Shown piece after piece: positions 6,542 to 10,911 of a DNA stretch of 10,911 nucleotides. Under the pieces are notes generated by a model that was given only the letters and a program-made list of their open reading frames with translations, was not told the origin of the DNA and made no database searches. A program made the position numbers and the translations under genes. Within the stretch, counting starts at the first letter, position 1, and each line of letters begins with the position of its first letter. Origin of the DNA: Pseudomonadota bacterium (GTDB lineage Bacteria > UBA10199 > 2-02-FULL-44-16 > JAAZCA01); contig JBDRBN010000092.1 of NCBI GenBank assembly GCA_043822785.1, positions 1 to 10,911 on the forward strand. Direction: 5' to 3'.

Positions 6542-7927
6542 CTACTTTTTATACGTAGACAAGAATCGTTCTACCTCTGGAATTCCGCCTTGGTAAACTA
6601 GATATCCGTTGTGAGGTTCGCGTTCGGTGATCTCGTTAGCGATTGGGGTGAGCATGATCTTTTTTACCTTATCAAGGTCGCGCGTCTGCCCAAGCGTCCA
6701 ACACAGTTTCATGTATGCGGTTTCAGGAAGCATGTTCTCGCAAGGTATGATACCAAGATCCAAAAGATATCTGCCGGTATCATACACATTCATGTGCACA
6801 TAGCCCCAAAGCGTTTGCACGGTCATCACCACTGCCATGCCGCTATCTACTGCTCGCTTAAGGGCAGGATTTATTGCTGCGTTCACATGGCCAAGTCCTG
6901 TGCCGGCAATCACAATACCGTGATATCCTTTCTCCACAAGTGTATCCACAAGATCAGGGTTCATGCCAGGGTAGTAGTAGAGAATGGCAACGCGATCATC
7001 ATATGCTGTATTGATTATCACATCATGATCTTGTCTGCGCTTTTTATACTCTTTAAGTGGAACAATTCGATCAGACCAGACCATTGCCAGCGGAATTTCG
7101 CCAATCGTTCGAAACGTGGAGCGATAGCTCGAGTGCATCTTGCGCACGCGCGTGCCCATGTGCAAAAGCCCATAGTCATCTGATGTAGGCCCAAACATGC
7201 ATATCATGACCTCTGCCAAATCAGAATGTGCGGCGGTGTAAGCAGCGTTGAGCAAGTTTCGCGCTGCATCAGAGCTTGGCCTATCGCTCGATCGCTGGGA
7301 GCCCACAAGCACAATGGGAATAGGGGGGTTCTGCACCATAAACGAGAGTATGGATGCAGTGTGGTGCATGGTGTCTGTGCCATGGCCGATCACGATCCCG
7401 TGCACGCCCTCGCGTATGAGCCTGCCGATCTCCTCTGCCAAGGTTTTATATTGCTCCGGCCCCATGTTTTCAGAAAACACGCCAAAGAGTTTTTTTGTGG
7501 TGAGGTTGCACACATCGGCCAGCTCGGGCACTGCGCCGTAGAGCTCGCCTGGCGAGAACGCAGGGACCACTGCGCCCGTCTTGTAATCAAGGCGCGAGGC
7601 AATGGTGCCGCCCGTGCCCAAAAGCGTTACATTGGGTTTTCGCTTGTCAAAGGGAAATTCTTTTTCTGGTATTGCGTAGTGTCCTTCGCGGCGGCCGATC
7701 TTTTTTATGGTTTGAATGGAATCCACATGCACGCCTGTGTTGTAGCCGCTGGCCATTTTTATCACGATGTGAAAGGGGTCTTCGGTAGTAGAACGCGGCA
7801 ACACAAGGCCGGAAAATGGCCCTTTGGGTGTTGTGATCTCGATATTATCCCACACAGAAACGCTATACTTGTCGAATACAGAAAGCACCGGCTCTCTATA
7901 GCCTTTTGTATCAGTCTTTGCGCACAT
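6542..7927 (-). CDS. gatD: Glutamyl-tRNA(Gln) amidotransferase subunit D
   Basis: 461 aa. GatD N-terminal domain (GLVLPR...IVIKMASGYNTG) followed by a type I asparaginase domain with GTGGTIASRLDYKTGAV, HGTDT, VGSQRSSDRPSSDA, RKMHSSYRSTF, GTGLGHV, MLPETAYMKLCW. Confidence 0.95.
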   Translation of the reverse strand: MCAKTDTKGYREPVLSVFDKYSVSVWDNIEITTPKGPFSGLVLPRSTTEDPFHIVIKMASGYNTGVHVDSIQTIKKIGRREGHYAIPEKEFPFDKRKPNVTLLGTGGTIASRLDYKTGAVVPAFSPGELYGAVPELADVCNLTTKKLFGVFSENMGPEQYKTLAEEIGRLIREGVHGIVIGHGTDTMHHTASILSFMVQNPPIPIVLVGSQRSSDRPSSDAARNLLNAAYTAAHSDLAEVMICMFGPTSDDYGLLHMGTRVRKMHSSYRSTFRTIGEIPLAMVWSDRIVPLKEYKKRRQDHDVIINTAYDDRVAILYYYPGMNPDLVDTLVEKGYHGIVIAGTGLGHVNAAINPALKRAVDSGMAVVMTVQTLWGYVHMNVYDTGRYLLDLGIIPCENMLPETAYMKLCWTLGQTRDLDKVKKIMLTPIANEITEREPHNGYLVYQGGIPEVERFLSTYKK

Positions 7928-7936
7928 GGGCCCAGG

Positions 7937-7964
7937 CTTCTATCTTATCTTCAGGGATTGTCAA
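7937..7964 (-). promoter_or_regulatory. Putative sigma70 promoter for near-leaderless gatD
   Basis: TTGACA(7964-7959)-N16-TAGAAG(7942-7937), 9 nt before the ATG; no SD. Confidence 0.45.
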
Positions 7965-7991
7965 GGCAGGGCAGGGTAGGTAGGGAATAAA

Positions 7992-8228
7992 TCATTTCTT
8001 CAAAACCTGTTTGAGCGCCTCTTTTATGGCCGCGTCATTATAATAATACCGTGGTAGTCTGGTTATTATCTCGCTACAAGCCTTGGGTTTTTTGGGCGGG
8101 GTTGGCACAAATCTATCAATGAGCTTCACCACTGGCTCCTGTGGCTCCTGGCTTCTTAGCTTCTTGGCTTCTTCGAGCCGTGCCTCAAGGCCTAGTTCTG
8201 CTCTTGGGGCTGCTGTCTTATCTATCAC
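7992..8228 (-). CDS. Small hypothetical protein (78 aa, basic, Pro-rich middle)
   Basis: GTG start preceded by strong SD AAGGAGGAG; has its own sigma28-like promoter; fills the intergenic space; no family recognised. Confidence 0.7.
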   Translation of the reverse strand: MIDKTAAPRAELGLEARLEEAKKLRSQEPQEPVVKLIDRFVPTPPKKPKACSEIITRLPRYYYNDAAIKEALKQVLKK

Positions 8229-8297
8229 ATTCTCCTCCTTTTGCTAATTTCTGTATCTATATCTCTGATTTTGTCAATTATCTCAAGTCTATACATA

Positions 8298-8325
8298 TTA
8301 TCGGCTCATTTTATTAAAAGTTGCG
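8298..8325 (-). promoter_or_regulatory. sigma28/FliA-like promoter (CGCAAC-N15-CCGATAA)
   Basis: Minus strand CGCAACTTTTAATAAAATGAGCCGATAA contains the canonical sigma28 -10 GCCGATAA; same architecture at 10443-10470. Confidence 0.7.
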
Positions 8326-8377
8326 GTGTTTTTTTTACTCGAGATTCGTGAAATTCAACACATATAAGTATAAAATA

Positions 8378-8410
8378 ACTATTGTGTATATACACAATAG
8401 TGTGTATATA
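8378..8410. promoter_or_regulatory. Palindromic operator upstream of the ATPase gene
   Basis: 24-bp perfect palindrome ACTATTGTGTATATACACAATAGT (8378-8401) overlapping a second inverted repeat TATATACACA-atag-TGTGTATATA (8387-8410), ending 6 nt before the ATG. Confidence 0.7.
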
Positions 8411-8416
8411 TAAGTC

Positions 8417-9529
8417 ATGGAAAAACGCTTCAAGTTTGACGTTATTCTTAACGAACAAGACCTCTGCGACCGCGAGGCGGAAAAAAAGAGGCTCATTTCT
8501 CTTATGGAGCGTGGCGGTCGCGTGGTCATCTACAGTCCAAGGCGCATGGGCAAGACCTCGCTGGCAATGGTCTGCAGCGAGAAGTTGCGATCAAAACACA
8601 CTAATGCCTTTTGCCTCTATGTGGACCTGAACGAGGCAGAGACGCTGGCCGAGGTCGCCCATCGTTTTCGGGCCCATTACGAGTACGCGCTTCGCGAACA
8701 ATTTCCGATTCAGAATGCGAAAATGCTGCTTGGCGCACTGCTGTCGAGGATCAAGCTCTCACTCCCCGGCGGCATTGAGCTTGCCCTTGAGCGATACACG
8801 ACGGAAAAACCCGAGCACTATCTCATGTCGCTCATGAGCGAGTTAGACGAGCTGTCGGCAAAGCAGCGCGTAGTGCTCATCATTGATGAATTCCAGGGAA
8901 TTGCGAACCAACGAGAGGCGCAGGCAATTCTCAGGCGCGAATTTCAGCGGCTCTCAAGAGCGGCGGTTGTTCTCATGGGAAGCAATCAGCGCCTGCTCTA
9001 CAGAATGTTTAACGATAAAGAACTCCCCTTCTTCGGCTTTGGCGAAGATATGGAACTCAAGGGCATACCGATTAAAGAATATCTTCCTTACATGAATGAA
9101 CGGTTTGCCGGAAGCAACATCCACATCTCAGAAGACGTCGCCCTGTTCATGGCAGAGATCATGAATGACATCCCCAATTACATCAACGAGCTTGGGGCCT
9201 GGATCGTAGATACAATGGAAAACCTCGAACTTACAAAAGAACACATCGGGCTTGCGCTGGAGGCGGCAGCGCAGTCCAAGCGCGGGAGGTATGAAAGCGC
9301 GCTCTACGGCTATACCGCAAACCAGAGGGCGTTGCTCAGGGCGATCGCGCGCCTCAAAAGGGGTGTACCGGTTACAGGAAATGAGATGCAGGAATTTACA
9401 GGACTTTCTGCAACCGAACTTTCGCGGTCAAAGACCGATCTTGAGGATTGTCCGCTCCTCTCGCATGACACTTCTAATCGCATCTTTATCAGCGATCCAT
9501 TCTTGAAGAAATTTCTGGAGATGCAGTGA
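8417..9529 (+). CDS. ATPase_2 ('archaeal ATPase')-like P-loop ATPase with probable C-terminal winged helix
   Basis: 370 aa. DREAE pre-P-loop motif, variant Walker A YSPRRMGKTS, Walker B VLIIDEFQ, sensor LMGS, helical IPNYINEL, C-terminal ISDPFL. Confidence 0.88.
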   Translation: MEKRFKFDVILNEQDLCDREAEKKRLISLMERGGRVVIYSPRRMGKTSLAMVCSEKLRSKHTNAFCLYVDLNEAETLAEVAHRFRAHYEYALREQFPIQNAKMLLGALLSRIKLSLPGGIELALERYTTEKPEHYLMSLMSELDELSAKQRVVLIIDEFQGIANQREAQAILRREFQRLSRAAVVLMGSNQRLLYRMFNDKELPFFGFGEDMELKGIPIKEYLPYMNERFAGSNIHISEDVALFMAEIMNDIPNYINELGAWIVDTMENLELTKEHIGLALEAAAQSKRGRYESALYGYTANQRALLRAIARLKRGVPVTGNEMQEFTGLSATELSRSKTDLEDCPLLSHDTSNRIFISDPFLKKFLEMQ

Positions 9530-9581
9530 CCGGACAATACCGGCCCTTGCAATTTCTTGCCTGCGTCTGATTGGGTTTGTT

Positions 9582-10400
9582 TTACAAAAAACCAAACGCA
9601 GGCGGCAAGTATGGCGCTGGCGCGCAAACAACATATTGTGGCAGCGCGACCGTAAAGAAACCTCCTTGCATAATATATGAACCGGCAAAAGCACGCACTG
9701 CTTGATCTTTCTCAAACGCTTTATCGTCAACTTCAACTTCAGGCTTATACTTTGGCTTAAACATATGAGCCATGGCCGGATGAAAGAGGTAGGCTACCAT
9801 GCGCAACTCTTGCGTGCGCAGTCTCCCCAGGTTTGAATCCTCTAAAAGAGCAACCAGGTCCTTTTGTTGACCCCTTATCATCAATTGTGAAATAAGGTCG
9901 TGGGCCCTGACATATGGAGGTTCTTCCCTTGGCGCTGGATTCAACATTCCTGGTACAAAGCTGAATATGTCGGGATTGGAAGTCGGTCGGGCATCCGTAT
10001 ATATGCGCTCTGCTCCCTGCTCAATCGATAGCGCATGCTTTCTAGCAAGGACTTCCATGCCTGCTTCACTCATCAAGCCCAATCCAGGAAGCGCTGGTGA
10101 AGCAGAAGCCTCTGTTTCATAAAAACCGGCTTCATCCGGATCATCTTTCGCAAGCTCAATGCCGTATGCCTGTACATCAAACCAAGGTCTAAGCCTTCTC
10201 TGTTGAGAAGCTGTTAGCCTGGTCCAGTTCATCGCCAACACGTCCAGTCCTTCTTCCAAAAGTCGTGGGCTGCTTCGGCCGTCTTCTTCAAGCAAAAATG
10301 AAATCTCGCAGACCGTGTCAGGCCACTTATCCTGCTTAAGACAGCGTGGAAAGAAGCAAAGGTTGTGAAAATAATCTATCAATCGTGATGCGCGGGCCAT
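9582..10400 (-). CDS. Hypothetical protein (272 aa) with an uncharged, Pro/Ala/aromatic-rich C-terminal tail
   Basis: Long ORF filling the gap; SD-like GAGAGG 8 nt upstream; sigma28-like promoter; no domain recognised. Confidence 0.75.
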   Translation of the reverse strand: MARASRLIDYFHNLCFFPRCLKQDKWPDTVCEISFLLEEDGRSSPRLLEEGLDVLAMNWTRLTASQQRRLRPWFDVQAYGIELAKDDPDEAGFYETEASASPALPGLGLMSEAGMEVLARKHALSIEQGAERIYTDARPTSNPDIFSFVPGMLNPAPREEPPYVRAHDLISQLMIRGQQKDLVALLEDSNLGRLRTQELRMVAYLFHPAMAHMFKPKYKPEVEVDDKAFEKDQAVRAFAGSYIMQGGFFTVALPQYVVCAPAPYLPPAFGFL

Positions 10401-10442
10401 GCTGTATTCCTCTCTGGTTGGTTAATTGTATTTCACTATCTC

Positions 10443-10470
10443 TTTTCGGGTGTTTTGGCAAAAGGTTGCG
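10443..10470 (-). promoter_or_regulatory. sigma28/FliA-like promoter (CGCAAC-N15-CCGAAAA)
   Basis: Minus strand CGCAACCTTTTGCCAAAACACCCGAAAA; same -35 hexamer and spacing as 8298-8325. Confidence 0.6.
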
Positions 10471-10534
10471 CGGTTTTAACGGTTTTAGCTTTTTCTTGCC
10501 TTTGGGCGCTGTTGGGCCTATCTCTCGCGCCGCC

Positions 10535-10911
10535 ATGTGTGAAGACGTCAAAAAACTCGGCTTCAAATGCGGCGTGGAGATCCATCAGCAGCTCCTCACC
10601 AAAAAGAAGCTCTTCTGTCGCTGCCCTGCAGGGCTTTATTCGAACGAGCACCACGCCGAGGTTTTGCGCCACATGCGACCCACGCTTTCTGAGATGGGCG
10701 TGTATGATGGTTGCGCGCTCATGGAGTTTAAGACCAAAAAAGAAATTATCTATCTCCTAAATAAAAATTCAGTATGCACCTATGAAATGGATGATACCCC
10801 GCCGTTTCGTATTAATGAAGAAGCTTTGGATATGGCAATCGAACTCGCGCTTTTGTGCGGGTGCTCTGTCGTGGATGAGATGCACATAGCCAGAAAGCAA
10901 TACCTCGATGG
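10535..10911 (+). CDS. gatE: Glutamyl-tRNA(Gln) amidotransferase subunit E, 5' part (runs off the window)
   Basis: Manual translation from ATG 10535: MCEDVKKLGFKCGVEIHQQLLTKKKLFCRCPAGLYSNEHHAEVLRHMRPTLSEMGVYDGCALMEFKTKKEIIYLLNKNSVCTYEMDDTPPFRINEEALDMAIELALLCGCSVVDEMHIARKQYLDG. GxEIHQQL, KLFC, the RPTxSExG insertion, CxxExDxxPP and DExHxxRK..DG are GatE-type, not GatB-type. Confidence 0.93.
   Translation, partial: MCEDVKKLGFKCGVEIHQQLLTKKKLFCRCPAGLYSNEHHAEVLRHMRPTLSEMGVYDGCALMEFKTKKEIIYLLNKNSVCTYEMDDTPPFRINEEALDMAIELALLCGCSVVDEMHIARKQYLD

Noticed and set aside
6542..7927. Plain L-asparaginase (ansA) call
   Set aside because: The extra ~95-aa GatD N-terminal domain, the SQRSSDRPSSD motif and nearby gatE support gatD.
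7964..7986. G-rich short repeats (GGCAGGGCAGGGTAGGTAGGG)
   Set aside because: Too short and irregular to support a repeat family or G-quadruplex claim
6611..7990. Long + strand ORFs 6611-7183 and 7226-7990
   Set aside because: Antisense shadows of gatD with no recognisable domains
10456..10470. TGGCAAAAGGTTGCG as a sigma54 promoter for gatE
   Set aside because: GG-to-GC spacing is 9 nt, not the required 10; better explained as the reverse strand of the sigma28-like promoter.
10455..10760. 101-aa ORF with a signal-peptide-like N-terminus
   Set aside because: Overlaps gatE out of frame and covers the promoter region; the gatE frame has strong family motifs.
10535..10911. gatB call
   Set aside because: Has the GatE-type RPTxSExG insertion and RKQYLDG rather than the GatB PGxLP and RKNYFYPD motifs.
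1..10911. CRISPR array, tRNA, rRNA, integrase or transposase
   Set aside because: No regularly spaced repeat-spacer units, cloverleaf, rRNA-like sequence or recombinase motifs were seen by eye.

Overview
Bacterial chromosomal segment, probably near the replication origin (perfect parS next to rsmG/gidB). The sigma54/IHF and sigma28-like promoters would fit a deltaproteobacteria-like host, but that is inference. Left to right: ~450 bp of apparently non-coding, highly structured sequence (a ~300-nt nested-helix element with a possible kissing loop); rsmG (-); a 4x9-bp repeat and parS; an MBL-fold hydrolase (-) divergent from an MscS-cNMP channel (+); an AT-richer HEAT-repeat/pentein (arginine-deiminase-like) gene (-) whose best start codon is cut off by an in-frame TAA; two back-to-back sigma54 promoters; a higBA-like toxin-antitoxin pair (+); gatD (-); a small orphan (-); an ATPase_2-like ATPase (+) with a palindromic operator; a 272-aa orphan (-); and the 5' end of gatE (+, absent from the ORF track). 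Main points: the classically archaeal GatDE amidotransferase in a bacterial context, with the two genes split head-to-head; the unannotated structured RNA-like element; the interrupted HEAT-PAD-like enzyme; and a shared alternative-sigma promoter in front of both orphan genes.
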